A stretch of DNA of 64,000 bases from Phycisphaerae bacterium (lineage in GTDB: Bacteria > Planctomycetota > Phycisphaerae > Phycisphaerales > SM1A02): positions 15,242 to 79,241 of the forward strand of contig PBAY01000029.1 of assembly GCA_002717655.1 (NCBI GenBank). The letters run 5' to 3'. This document shows positions 1-9,323 of the stretch, in pieces (position 1 is the first letter of the stretch; each line of letters starts with the position of its first letter). The translations under genes were made by a program, and so were the position numbers. The notes under the pieces were generated by a model. It was not told where the DNA came from and did not search any database. It was given only the letters and a program-made list of their open reading frames with translations.

Positions 1-1
1 T

Positions 2-202
2 CTTGTGGGTGATCCCGCTGGTCCAGCAATCATCAACTTGATGATCGGGCTCTTTCTGGACGAATACGGCTGTAATCCATGTCCCGAAGGTCCACTCGGT
101 GCATGCTGTACCTCTGCTGGATGTCTCGAGACGACGGAGTCTGGGTGCCCTGCGATTGGAACATGGCTGGGTCCGGATACCACCTGCAGTGAGTGTCCCT
201 GA
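2..202 (+). CDS. C-terminal fragment of a Cys-rich, probably secreted protein (gene continues upstream of window)
   Basis: Frame is open from the window edge to TGA at 200-202. The tail GCNPCPEGPLGACCTSAGCLETTESGCPAIGTWLGPDTTCSECP has 8 Cys in about 45 aa. No family assignment possible. Confidence 0.4.
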   Translation, partial: LVGDPAGPAIINLMIGLFLDEYGCNPCPEGPLGACCTSAGCLETTESGCPAIGTWLGPDTTCSECP

Positions 203-269
203 TCAATCAGGTCGCAATCAAATTCAATTATCAACAACAGGCCGTGAGGTGCCTGAGAGGAGAGAACCA

Positions 270-743
270 ATGGACCGAGGAACGAAACTGATGTTTGGGA
301 TGTTGACGGCCGCTGTGTGCCTGATGGTGATCATGATGATCTCGCGGGAGACGCCGAAGGCTCATGCAGACATGTATCGAGGTGATACCGGTGGGGAGCC
401 GACGATTGTTTGGTATGACAGTCACTTGTCCGATTGGAATGATGGCTTTCAAAAGAAAACCTTACTTCGGGCATGGTCTGACGGTGTTATTGAAGCAAAA
501 TACATTTATGTTGGTATGAAGAATGGTTCGGGATACAACTGCGGTCTGTCTGCAGCTGATTCCTGTAATTACGGATGGGTGGTAATCAGTGATCCCAGCG
601 AAGGCCGTGCCGCGCTCTCCGACCTCAATGACGACGAGAATGTAAACATCGATGATCTGCTTCAGGTCATCAATGACTGGGGCCCAGCTCCACCCAATGT
701 GATTCCACCCAGTGAGTGCCCGCTGGCGATGATCAATCCCTGA
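270..743 (+). CDS. secreted hypothetical protein with one dockerin/EF-hand-like Ca-binding loop
   Basis: ATG at 270 is preceded by GAGAGGAGAG. N-terminal hydrophobic signal/anchor MDRGTKLMFGMLTAAVCLMVIMMI. C-terminal DLNDDENVNIDDLLQVINDWG loop. Confidence 0.6.
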   Translation: MDRGTKLMFGMLTAAVCLMVIMMISRETPKAHADMYRGDTGGEPTIVWYDSHLSDWNDGFQKKTLLRAWSDGVIEAKYIYVGMKNGSGYNCGLSAADSCNYGWVVISDPSEGRAALSDLNDDENVNIDDLLQVINDWGPAPPNVIPPSECPLAMINP

Positions 744-880
744 GTGATCCGCCTGTAGAACGACTGAACACAATCCACGGCGGTCTCTGGTACTTCAGGG
801 GCCGCTGGTCGTTGATTTGTGATATTGACCATGTGTCAATTCAATGTCAGAATAATGCCGAAGACATGGAGTCAGCTTCA

Positions 881-1249
881 ATGAAATCCATTGCTGTCAT
901 TCTTTTGGTCGGGTTTGCTGCTTCTCTTGGTAGTTGTGCAACGCCAGTTGCCTATACCACCAGTCCAATGACTGAGTATGACCAGCACACCTCTTATGCT
1001 GTCGAAGACTTTGACGGCGGGTTTACCATTACGGTGTATTACTCCCGTTACCAGTTCATACCGGAAAGTGATGCTGTCAATATGGCGGCAGAAAGCCAGC
1101 TGTTGGCTCTGGCCTATGAGATTGCAGCGTCACGAGATCGAGAAATACGTCAGATCAATGAGCAGACGATCAAGAAATCAATGGGTAGAAATGGAGTCTC
1201 CGGGATCACGTCGTGGTCCGGGACAGTGAAGGCGTATTACAAAGACTAG
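881..1249 (+). CDS. lipoprotein of unknown function
   Basis: MKSIAVILLVGFAASLGSCATP is a signal peptide plus lipobox (LGSC). An alternative ATG lies at 866. Confidence 0.6.
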   Translation: MKSIAVILLVGFAASLGSCATPVAYTTSPMTEYDQHTSYAVEDFDGGFTITVYYSRYQFIPESDAVNMAAESQLLALAYEIAASRDREIRQINEQTIKKSMGRNGVSGITSWSGTVKAYYKD

Positions 1250-1824
1250 CCCTCTGTACCGGCTTCAGCATTCTGGATTGACTCAACGAATCCATCCGCA
1301 TCGTCAATGGTCAGCAGGGCGACCTGAAAGTCTCGCTTCTTGAGATTCAGGATCGTGGCTTCCATCGGCTGTTTCAATTTCAGGATGATGTTGTGGGCTG
1401 CGGGGAACCCGACCTTCAGCGGTGCCAGCTCGCCCTTTTCATGTTTGAATTCCTGAGTGGAACGTTCAACCGATTCGATCTGATCAAGCGGGACGTCGGC
1501 TAGATCAAAGGCGCCGTTGCGGAGCATGAGATGGCCCCGGTCGAGGTAGATGGGACGCATGCCGAACGCGCGGATCTGGGCCAGGATCTGCAAGGCCACC
1601 CAGGCGGAACTCAACGTTGCGGCCAACGCGACCCAGTCATTCCAGATCGCGATCAGGAAGTGAACCGCGGTTGCTTCGACGAGGGCGGCCAGAACCAATC
1701 CGGCAAGCAGTGCTCGGCCGGAATGTTTGTGATGGCTCGTGAAGACCCGGGCTTCTCGCGGTACATCTCGATACCGCCCATCAGGTGAGTCGACTGCTGG
1801 TTTGATGAAGAGGTACTTGAGCAT
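1246..1824 (-). CDS. membrane protein of unknown function (two TM helices plus soluble C-terminal domain)
   Basis: 192-aa ORF with hydrophobic segments LLAGLVLAALVEATAVHFLIAIW and VALAATLSSAWVALQILAQI. Downstream of hppD on the same strand. Confidence 0.55.
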   Translation of the reverse strand: MLKYLFIKPAVDSPDGRYRDVPREARVFTSHHKHSGRALLAGLVLAALVEATAVHFLIAIWNDWVALAATLSSAWVALQILAQIRAFGMRPIYLDRGHLMLRNGAFDLADVPLDQIESVERSTQEFKHEKGELAPLKVGFPAAHNIILKLKQPMEATILNLKKRDFQVALLTIDDADGFVESIQNAEAGTEG

Positions 1825-1885
1825 CGTGTTTTTCAGGAAACGGTCGCCCGAGGAGGTGATTCAGTCAACGAGGATCGTCGTGCTT

Positions 1886-2074
1886 CTACTTCTTCCTGAA
1901 CAACCAGATGAAGTCGTGAAACAGCGAGAAGCTGAGTATCACGATCATCAAGGTGAGCGAAATGTAGCCGATGGCCCACAGCAGTACGATGAGCGGCGCA
2001 ATAACCACCAGCGTGATCTTTGCAGAACGCATCAGTCGTTGCATCACCGTGGCGTGCTGTCGTGATTCACCCAT
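1886..2074 (-). CDS. small two-TM membrane protein (hypothetical)
   Basis: 62-aa ORF 8 nt downstream of the hppD stop, with two hydrophobic stretches. Short, so uncertain. Confidence 0.35.
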   Translation of the reverse strand: MGESRQHATVMQRLMRSAKITLVVIAPLIVLLWAIGYISLTLMIVILSFSLFHDFIWLFRKK

Positions 2075-2082
2075 GGTGAGTC

Positions 2083-3276
2083 CTACAGGTTCCCGCGACG
2101 CTCCTGCTCCAGCTCGAGTGATTCGAACAGGGCCTTGAAGTTGCCCTTGCCGAATGACTGTGAACCGCGGCGACAGATGATCTCGAAGAACAAGGTCGGG
2201 CGGTCCTGCAACGGCATGGTGAACAGCTGGAGGAGATAGCCCTCGTCGTCCGCGTCGACCAGAATCCCCAGGTCCTTGATGCGGTCGTAGTCTTCCTTCA
2301 CTGGCGTCTGGCCATGATCAAGCAGCGTCTGCTCGATGCGGTTCCAGACCGTCTCGTAGTAGGTGTCCGGGATCTGCAGGAAGTCGACGCCGAGTTCTCG
2401 CAACGCGTGGACCGAGTGCAGGGCATCGTTGGTACGCAACGCCAGATGCTGAACGCCCGGTGTCATGTTGTGCCACTCGAGGTATTCCTGGATCTGACTC
2501 TTGCGAAGTCCCTCGGCCGGCTCGTTGATGGGCATCTTGATCAGGTTGTTGCCCGACGCCATCACCTTGGACATCAAGGAGGAATGCTCGGTCGAGATGT
2601 CGTGGTCATCGAAGTGCTTGAACATCTTGAATTCCATGACGTTCTCGTACCACTCGACCCAGTGATTCATCTTGTTCTCTTCGACATTGCCGACGCAATG
2701 ATCGACGAACATGAGCCCGCAGGGGTTCTTCTCGTTGAGCCTGTTGATCGCGAGATCCGGTACTTCGCTGAAGCCGGGCTCCAGCAGCGCGCCCTGACGG
2801 AGGGCCTTGTGGCTGTAGGCGCCGGTGCGACTCACGAAGGAATGCACCACGCGGCCATAGGTCTTGATGCCGGCGGTGGTGACACTGCCGTGCTCGTCGG
2901 AGATGGTGCGAGGCTCGTAGGCGCTCTCGCCGCCGTTCTTGATCGCCCGCTTCCAGGCGGCTTCGGCATCGTCGACGGTGAAGGCGATGTCCTTCACGCC
3001 GTCGCCGTAGCTTCGGAGTTCCTCGGCAGCGGGGTCGTCCTTGCTCAGTGGAGTTTCCAGGAGAAGGCGGATGTTGCCCTGAGTCAGCAGGTAGCGACTG
3101 CGATCCCGCGAGCCGGTCGTGAGATCCGCCCGCTGGGAGATGTTGAAGCCGAAGTTGTAGGCGTAGAAGAACGCCGCCTGCTTGGCATTGCCAACGAAGA
3201 AACGGACATGGTCCACATCAACCAATGCCAGAGGATCCGCCGCCGTCTTGGGCGTGGACGTGTTCGCAGTCGTCAT
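2083..3276 (-). CDS. hppD: 4-hydroxyphenylpyruvate dioxygenase
   Basis: C-terminal FFEIICRRGSQSFGKGNFKALFESLELEQERRGNL matches the HPPD signature. Length and two-barrel VOC layout are typical. Confidence 0.9.
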   Translation of the reverse strand: MTTANTSTPKTAADPLALVDVDHVRFFVGNAKQAAFFYAYNFGFNISQRADLTTGSRDRSRYLLTQGNIRLLLETPLSKDDPAAEELRSYGDGVKDIAFTVDDAEAAWKRAIKNGGESAYEPRTISDEHGSVTTAGIKTYGRVVHSFVSRTGAYSHKALRQGALLEPGFSEVPDLAINRLNEKNPCGLMFVDHCVGNVEENKMNHWVEWYENVMEFKMFKHFDDHDISTEHSSLMSKVMASGNNLIKMPINEPAEGLRKSQIQEYLEWHNMTPGVQHLALRTNDALHSVHALRELGVDFLQIPDTYYETVWNRIEQTLLDHGQTPVKEDYDRIKDLGILVDADDEGYLLQLFTMPLQDRPTLFFEIICRRGSQSFGKGNFKALFESLELEQERRGNL

Positions 3277-3370
3277 GTCGATACTCCTGAACTTCCACTA
3301 CGCCGGCACCTGTTCAGGCGGGGGCGAAGGGAGATGACGAGTACCTCATGATAACGATCGGGGGTGAAAG

Positions 3371-3889
3371 TCAATAGCGAAGAACGGCATGAACTGGATG
3401 CGGTTCGACCCTTTTGGCCCCTTCAAGGCCCCTTAGCTCGATCAGAACGGTGATTCCAACCAATTCGCCACCAAGGTTTTCGATCATCTTCACACCGGCT
3501 TCCAGTGTGCCGCCGGTGGCAATGAGGTCATCCACCATCAGCACCCGCTGGCCCGACTTGATGGCATCCGTGTGGATTTCCAGCGTATCGTGACCATATT
3601 CAAGTTCATAATCCTGACTGATGGTCTCGCCTGGGAGTTTGCCCGCCTTGCGGATGGGAATGAAGCCGGCATTCAATGCTCTTGCCAAGGCGGTTCCGAA
3701 GATGAAGCCGCGTGACTCGGCGCCGACCACCAGATCGACTTCTTCGTCACGGAACGGGTTGACCATGAGTTCCACCGCCAGTGACAGCCCCGCAGGATCC
3801 CGCAGGAGTGGGGTGATATCCCGGAAGGTGATCCCAGGACTTGGGTGGTCTGGAATGTCGCGAACCAGCGATCGGAGTCGATCAAGCAT
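3371..3889 (-). CDS. apt: adenine phosphoribosyltransferase
   Basis: DIPDHPSPGITFRDITPLL and the PRPP loop VLMVDDLIATGGTLEA. ATG at 3889 is preceded by GAGGAGG. The ORF is open up to 3943. Confidence 0.9.
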   Translation of the reverse strand: MLDRLRSLVRDIPDHPSPGITFRDITPLLRDPAGLSLAVELMVNPFRDEEVDLVVGAESRGFIFGTALARALNAGFIPIRKAGKLPGETISQDYELEYGHDTLEIHTDAIKSGQRVLMVDDLIATGGTLEAGVKMIENLGGELVGITVLIELRGLEGAKRVEPHPVHAVLRY

Positions 3890-3997
3890 GGTTTTTTCCT
3901 CCTCAGGCAGTGGCAAGGGCAGGGTGGATGGACTGGCAGACATGGTATCCCCTTTGTTGGGTCGATCCAGAGGCCAATTTCCGACCTCCGGGGTATC

Positions 3998-4330
3998 ATG
4001 ACCACGCTTATGACGTCCTCACGCTCCAGCGTCAAGTCGATTGAAGTGGTTGAGCCACTTGGTAGCCGCGTTCTCATCAGAAAGGACGAGGATCGCAAGG
4101 TTACCAAGGTCGGCATCCACCTTCCGGACAAGATGGAGATTCCGACCATCACCGGCCGGGTCGTGGCCATCAGTGCCCAGGTCGCCAATGATGTCGACTA
4201 TCCCATCCAGCAATATGACAAGGTCCTCTTCAATCCCAAACGAGGGGTTCCGGTGGACTTCGAAGGCGATAACCGCCTGTTTGTCATCCCTGTGGAAGAT
4301 GTCGTCGCCGTGTTCCGCAAGGATGACTGA
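3998..4330 (+). CDS. groES: co-chaperonin GroES (Cpn10), with no groEL following it
   Basis: PLGSRVLIRKDEDRKVTKVGIHLPD ... GRVVAIS ... YDKVLFNPKRGVPVDFEGDNRLFVIPVEDVVAVF aligns with the GroES pattern. Start uncertain (ATG 3998 or 4010, GTG 4046). Confidence 0.8.
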   Translation: MTTLMTSSRSSVKSIEVVEPLGSRVLIRKDEDRKVTKVGIHLPDKMEIPTITGRVVAISAQVANDVDYPIQQYDKVLFNPKRGVPVDFEGDNRLFVIPVEDVVAVFRKDD

Positions 4331-4332
4331 TC

Positions 4333-5712
4333 TTGCCTGCACCTGCTCAAGGTTCATCATCGTCCCACTTGCCAACCCGCGCGGTTGAGGCGTTGCGTGG
4401 TCCGTTCCAGGTTGATCTTCGTGTGCCCGGTTCCAAGAGCCTCACCAATCGCGCCCTGATTCTGGCAGGGCTGTCCAATGGCCAGTCCACTCTGAGTGGA
4501 GTTCTTCGTTCCGATGACACCGATGCGACCATGGAAGCCTTGCGCACCATGGGGGCTGAGGTCGAAGAAGACGGTGATCAGGTTCGGATCAAAGGCATCG
4601 AGTACTTTCAGCCCGATCGTGGTGAGATCGATCTTGGTGCTGGTGGTACACCCGCGAGGTTCATGATTGCCCTGGCCAGTCTTACGGAAGGCCCCGTCGT
4701 ACTTGATGGTTCCTCTCGTCTGCGTGAGCGTCCGATGGCAGGATTGATTGATCTGCTCCAGCAGCTTGGTGCCAGGATCGAACCACTCGGTCGCGACGGC
4801 CATCTGCCGGTACGAATTCATCCGGGGAATCTGAAAGGTGGGCGACTCCAGATCGGTCCGCTTGCTTCCAGTCAATTCGTCTCCGCACTGATGTTGATCG
4901 GCTGTCGGCTCGAGGGCGGGTTGGAGTTGTCCTTTCAAGAGCCTCCGACCAGTGCGACCTACATTCGATTGACCATTGCTGAACTGCGTGCCTGGGGCGT
5001 CGGTGTGCAGGCGATTGAAGATGGTGACGGCAACCTCTCGAGTATCACCATTCGTGAAGGTTCGATCGCCGCGCAGGATCGTGAGATTCCCGCGGACGCC
5101 TCTTCGGCGCTCTACTGGGCGGTGCTCGCGACCTTGCAGGCGGATTCCATTGTTCGACTGCATGGGCTTGTTCCCGCTGATGGACAACCTGATCACCAGG
5201 CCATCGGTGCGCTGGCTCGAGTCGGGCTGAAACTGGAGTCCGATGGTGACGTGGTCTGCTGTAGCAGCAACGGACTTCCCAATGGATGGGGTGATCTGGA
5301 TGCATCAGGCATGCCCGATGGAGCCATGGCGTTGGCCATCGTTGCAGCGGTTGCCAGTGCACCAACTCGTCTCAGTGGACTGCATACGCTTCGAGTCAAG
5401 GAATGCGATCGAGTCGCCGCCCTGCACGATGAGCTGGCGAAGATTGGCTATGACGTGCGGATCGAGGGGGACGACCTGATCTTCCGCCCGTTGTCCGATC
5501 AGCACCCGACTGGAATGCCCGCTGAGATCGAAACCTATGACGACCATCGCATGGCCATGGGGTTCGCCGTCCTGGGCCTGAGACGTGGTGGAATTTCAAT
5601 CGTGGATCCCGCCTGTGTGACCAAAAGCTATCCCGGATTCTGGGATGATCTCTCACGAGTGGAGGTTGCCGCTGGAAACGGCGATACTTCCCGGAGCAGG
5701 CGGAACCCATGA
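4333..5712 (+). CDS. aroA: 3-phosphoshikimate 1-carboxyvinyltransferase (EPSP synthase)
   Basis: LRVPGSKSLTNRALILAGLS, SDDTDATMEALRTMGA and RVKECDRVAALHDELAKIG. TTG start at 4333 sits 2 nt after the groES stop. The true start may lie a few codons downstream. Confidence 0.9.
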   Translation: MPAPAQGSSSSHLPTRAVEALRGPFQVDLRVPGSKSLTNRALILAGLSNGQSTLSGVLRSDDTDATMEALRTMGAEVEEDGDQVRIKGIEYFQPDRGEIDLGAGGTPARFMIALASLTEGPVVLDGSSRLRERPMAGLIDLLQQLGARIEPLGRDGHLPVRIHPGNLKGGRLQIGPLASSQFVSALMLIGCRLEGGLELSFQEPPTSATYIRLTIAELRAWGVGVQAIEDGDGNLSSITIREGSIAAQDREIPADASSALYWAVLATLQADSIVRLHGLVPADGQPDHQAIGALARVGLKLESDGDVVCCSSNGLPNGWGDLDASGMPDGAMALAIVAAVASAPTRLSGLHTLRVKECDRVAALHDELAKIGYDVRIEGDDLIFRPLSDQHPTGMPAEIETYDDHRMAMGFAVLGLRRGGISIVDPACVTKSYPGFWDDLSRVEVAAGNGDTSRSRRNP

Positions 5713-7535
5713 GTGACTTCTGGCATTTCGTGAAGATCATGACCAGCCGACGACTGGCAACCGTCATGGCGTTGTTCTTTGCCGTGATCTCCGCGGTCGG
5801 ACTGGGGGTCGGCCTGCTGAGCCTGGGCCCGATTCTGGCGCAGGTGCTTGATCCAGAGAAGGGTCGATCACTGCGAGTCATGGCTGAAGAAGTCAATGCA
5901 AGCGGTGGCTTCTGGCACGTACCGGACTGGCTGGTCAGTCTGCTTCCGACGGATCTCTTTCAGGGGGTCTTGATGATCGTCGTTGGTCTTTCGGTGCTGA
6001 CCGTATTGGGCGCGACGGCGAACTTCATGCATCAGTATCTCTCCCAGACACTGGCTACCAAGGCGGTTGCCGAGGCTCGAGGCCAGCTGTTCAAGCGAGT
6101 GCTGGCACTTCCGCTTGGGACGGTTGTCTCCAATGGGCCCAGTGAATACATCGCACGGTTGATCCGTGATGCCGAAGGTCTTCAATCAGGTCTCGTTGCG
6201 GTACTGGGCAAATCAGTGGCGCAGATCACCAAGGGATTCGCAGGCCTCGTCGTGGCCATCATCTTCGACTGGAAGATCGCCATCGCCGCGGTCATCATCG
6301 GTCCCATCATGGCCGTCATTCTTCGCAAGCTTGCGAAGCATGTTCGACGTGGATTCCGTGGATCATTGGCGGCGCAGCAGGAACTGCTCAAGCAATCGAC
6401 TGAAACACTGCAGGGTCTTCGTGCGGTCAAGGCCAATACCGCCGAGCAACGATGCATCGAGCGATTCGATACGGGCAATGAGGAAGTTGTTCGCAATGAG
6501 CTTCGCATGCGTACCGCACGAGCGGTCAGCAGTCCGGTTGTCGAAGTGCTGGCGATTCTGGTTCTGGCAGGGCTGGCGCTGATCGCTGCCAAGGGCATCA
6601 TTCGTGGAGATCTTCCCTTCGATCGGTTCCTGCTCTCGCTTGGATCGCTGGCAGTGGCCGGTGCTTCCTTCCGGCCGCTTGCCGGGATCATCAATGAAGT
6701 CAGTGCAGCCGGGGCGCCCGCGACTCGACTCCGAGAGGCGCTCGCGGAGCCACTGGAAGATGCAAGAGCGGATCGATCGCCGCTTCCACGTCATGCCCGA
6801 AACATCATTTTTGAAGGAATCAGTTTCCGATATCCCAATGCGGACCATCCCGCGCTGGTCGATGTCACCCTCGAACTGGCTCACGGTGAACGGATTGCGG
6901 TGGTGGGGCCCAATGGCTCGGGCAAGACCACCTTGTTGAGCATGCTGCCTCAATTGCTCAAGCCTGATTCGGGAAGAATCATGATCGATGGTGAGGATGT
7001 CGAATCACACACGCTGGCGAGTCTGCGTGAGCAGATCGGGGTCGTCACCCAGGAAACCTTCATCGTCCACGGGACCATCGCCGAGAACATCGCCTTCGGT
7101 GTCGAACACGCCACAGCCGAACAGATCCAGGAAGTTGCAGCGCTGGCTCATGCGGATGAATTCATCCAGCGCATGCCTGAAGGCTACGACACCATGGTGG
7201 CGGAACAGGGTGCGTCCCTCTCCGGCGGCCAACGGCAGCGCATCGCCATCGCCCGTGCATTGCTGCGTAATCCGACCATGCTGGTGCTGGATGAGGCCAC
7301 CAGTCAGATCGATTCGGAATCCGAGGCCGACATCGCCGACACCATTCGACAGGTCACGGGACGCTGCACCGTTCTGGTGATCGCCCACCGCCTGGCGACC
7401 GTGCTTGATTGTCATCGCATCGTCGTCATGGATCAGGGACGGGTCATCGCCGAAGGAACGCATGAAGAGTTGCTTGACTCGTGTCCGCTCTATGCACGGC
7501 TCACGGAAACCCAGTTGCTCCCCAGCGGCGCATGA
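5709..7535 (+). CDS. ABC exporter, fused permease/ATPase (MsbA-like type I exporter)
   Basis: N-terminal six-TM half, then Walker A GPNGSGKTT, signature LSGGQRQRIAIARAL and Walker B LVLDEATSQID. ATGA overlap with the aroA stop. Confidence 0.85.
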   Translation: MSDFWHFVKIMTSRRLATVMALFFAVISAVGLGVGLLSLGPILAQVLDPEKGRSLRVMAEEVNASGGFWHVPDWLVSLLPTDLFQGVLMIVVGLSVLTVLGATANFMHQYLSQTLATKAVAEARGQLFKRVLALPLGTVVSNGPSEYIARLIRDAEGLQSGLVAVLGKSVAQITKGFAGLVVAIIFDWKIAIAAVIIGPIMAVILRKLAKHVRRGFRGSLAAQQELLKQSTETLQGLRAVKANTAEQRCIERFDTGNEEVVRNELRMRTARAVSSPVVEVLAILVLAGLALIAAKGIIRGDLPFDRFLLSLGSLAVAGASFRPLAGIINEVSAAGAPATRLREALAEPLEDARADRSPLPRHARNIIFEGISFRYPNADHPALVDVTLELAHGERIAVVGPNGSGKTTLLSMLPQLLKPDSGRIMIDGEDVESHTLASLREQIGVVTQETFIVHGTIAENIAFGVEHATAEQIQEVAALAHADEFIQRMPEGYDTMVAEQGASLSGGQRQRIAIARALLRNPTMLVLDEATSQIDSESEADIADTIRQVTGRCTVLVIAHRLATVLDCHRIVVMDQGRVIAEGTHEELLDSCPLYARLTETQLLPSGA

Positions 7536-8563
7536 GCATGCTGGCCACGTCCATCTCGATGCCTTCAGCCAGTCGTGGCCGTGGCGTTGCATCCTTGATC
7601 GGACTTGGGTTGTTTGCGCTCGCCATCAGTCTGCTTCGCTATGCCATCGATCGATCGCCTGAGGGTGTGATCTCGCTGGCCTGGCCTGATCCAGCCTGGG
7701 CTGACTTTCGCCAGAATGCGATTCTTTCCGGTCTCATCGTCGGTGGTGGACTTGGTCTGGCTGGCGCCCTGCTTCAGTCTTTGCTTCGCAATCCACTGGC
7801 TTCCCCCTATCTGCTTGGTGTCAGTAGTGGTGCTGGTCTTGGGGTGATGGCGGCCATGGCCATTGGGGCATCGGCTGGAATGGTGTCCGCTGCTCGAGTC
7901 GACTGGTCCATGCCTGCCATGCTTGGCGCGGTTGGCGCTCTGTCGCTGGTTCTGGCACTGGGAAGAAGGAACGGATGGCCTGATCCGGTGACGGTTCTGC
8001 TTGCTGGTGTCGTTGTGGCCACCATCTGTGCAGGAGGCATGATGTTGTTGCAACATCTGGTTCCGATGGATGTTCGTGGGCGGTTCCTGACCTGGATGAT
8101 GGGGACCCTTCCTGAAATCACATCGGGCATGCAGTTGCTGTTGTCCGGGGTGGTGGTGCTTGCCGGATTGATCGCGGCACTGTTGATGGCTCGATGGCTC
8201 GACATCTCCTTGCTTGGAGACGATGAAGCCAGAACGCTGGGCGTCCCGGTTGAAGCGATGCGTCTGGCGCTGTTGATCGTGGCAGGCATGATGACGGCCG
8301 TTACGGTCGCACTGGCAGGCCCCATTGGTTTCATCGGCTTGATCGCGCCGCATGTGGCCAGACGTCTGGCTGGTCATCACCATGTGGTCTTTCTGATTGG
8401 CAGTCTGCTGGTCGGGGTGATCCTCGTGATCGGAGCGGATTCCATTCGACAGGTCATCGATCTTGGAACCGGCCGTCTTCCCATCGGAGTCCTCACCATT
8501 CTGGTTGGTGGTCCGATGTTCCTGTGGCTGTTGCGACGGGAGGTTCATTCCCGTGAAGGTTGA
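7532..8563 (+). CDS. FecCD/BtuC-family ABC permease (iron-chelate/cobalamin type)
   Basis: Polytopic protein with LLGVSSGAGLG and GPIGFIGLIAPHVAR motifs. ATGA overlap with the upstream stop (7532-7535). Confidence 0.85.
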   Translation: MSMLATSISMPSASRGRGVASLIGLGLFALAISLLRYAIDRSPEGVISLAWPDPAWADFRQNAILSGLIVGGGLGLAGALLQSLLRNPLASPYLLGVSSGAGLGVMAAMAIGASAGMVSAARVDWSMPAMLGAVGALSLVLALGRRNGWPDPVTVLLAGVVVATICAGGMMLLQHLVPMDVRGRFLTWMMGTLPEITSGMQLLLSGVVVLAGLIAALLMARWLDISLLGDDEARTLGVPVEAMRLALLIVAGMMTAVTVALAGPIGFIGLIAPHVARRLAGHHHVVFLIGSLLVGVILVIGADSIRQVIDLGTGRLPIGVLTILVGGPMFLWLLRREVHSREG

Positions 8564-9287
8564 TCGCGTACAGGTTCAGTTCGGGAAACGAACGGTGTTG
8601 CATGACATCACGGCCGAGGCGCAGCCCGGGTGCTTGACTGGCATACTTGGTCCCAATGGAAGCGGCAAGACGACCTTGCTGCGAGCCATGGGTGGTCTTC
8701 AACGAATCGAAAGTGGTTGCATCACCCTTGATGATCGTGAAGTTTCGAAGATGCGTGCGAAGCAGCGCGCGGCCTGCATTGGTGTGGTGCCTCAACGCTT
8801 TCGTGCGGATGTGCCTTTCAGCGTGGCTGAGATCGTCGCCATGGGAACCACGCAGCAGAAAGCCATCGCGAACGCTTTGGAAGTCTGCGAACTTGGTCCC
8901 CATGCGAATCAGCCGTTTCCCTCGCTTTCAGTGGGGCAGCAGCAGCGGGTCGTCATCGCCCGGGCACTGGCTCAGGTTCACTCGCCTGGTGTATTGCTGC
9001 TTGATGAACCGTTGGCGGCCCTTGATCTGAAACATGCCTTGTCGGTTCTTGAACTTCTTCGAGACCGGGCGAAGCAGGGTGATCGGGTCATCCTTTCGCT
9101 TCATGATCTCGGGGTCGCTTCGGCTTGTTGTGATCAGGTCTGGTTGTTGCATGAAGGTCGACTGGTTCAGGCTGGTACGCCGGATGAAGTGCTGTCCGAG
9201 GGGCAGCTTCGAGAGGTGTTCTCGGCTGATTTCGAGCGGATTCAACGGCGTGATGGCCGGGAGTGGATCGTCCCCATGGGGGGTTGA
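8553..9287 (+). CDS. ABC transporter ATP-binding protein (FecE/BtuD-like)
   Basis: GPNGSGKTTLL, LSVGQQQRVVIARAL and LLLDEPLAALD. GTG at 8553 lies 9 nt after GGGAGG and overlaps the permease stop. Confidence 0.85.
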   Translation: MKVDRVQVQFGKRTVLHDITAEAQPGCLTGILGPNGSGKTTLLRAMGGLQRIESGCITLDDREVSKMRAKQRAACIGVVPQRFRADVPFSVAEIVAMGTTQQKAIANALEVCELGPHANQPFPSLSVGQQQRVVIARALAQVHSPGVLLLDEPLAALDLKHALSVLELLRDRAKQGDRVILSLHDLGVASACCDQVWLLHEGRLVQAGTPDEVLSEGQLREVFSADFERIQRRDGREWIVPMGG

Positions 9288-9323
9288 TCGACATCTGCTG
9301 GCAGCAGGAGATACACTGGAAAC

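Noticed and set aside
2314-3351. A 345-aa plus-strand ORF opposite hppD. Similar long antisense ORFs lie opposite the FecCD permease (7565-8548), the GspE-like gene (15865-16626), pyrG (39095-39850), sdhA (27152-27901) and others.
   Set aside because: All lie antisense to genes with strong family signatures. Their translations are Arg/Gly/His/Val-rich without motifs. They are the typical GC-driven shadow frames.
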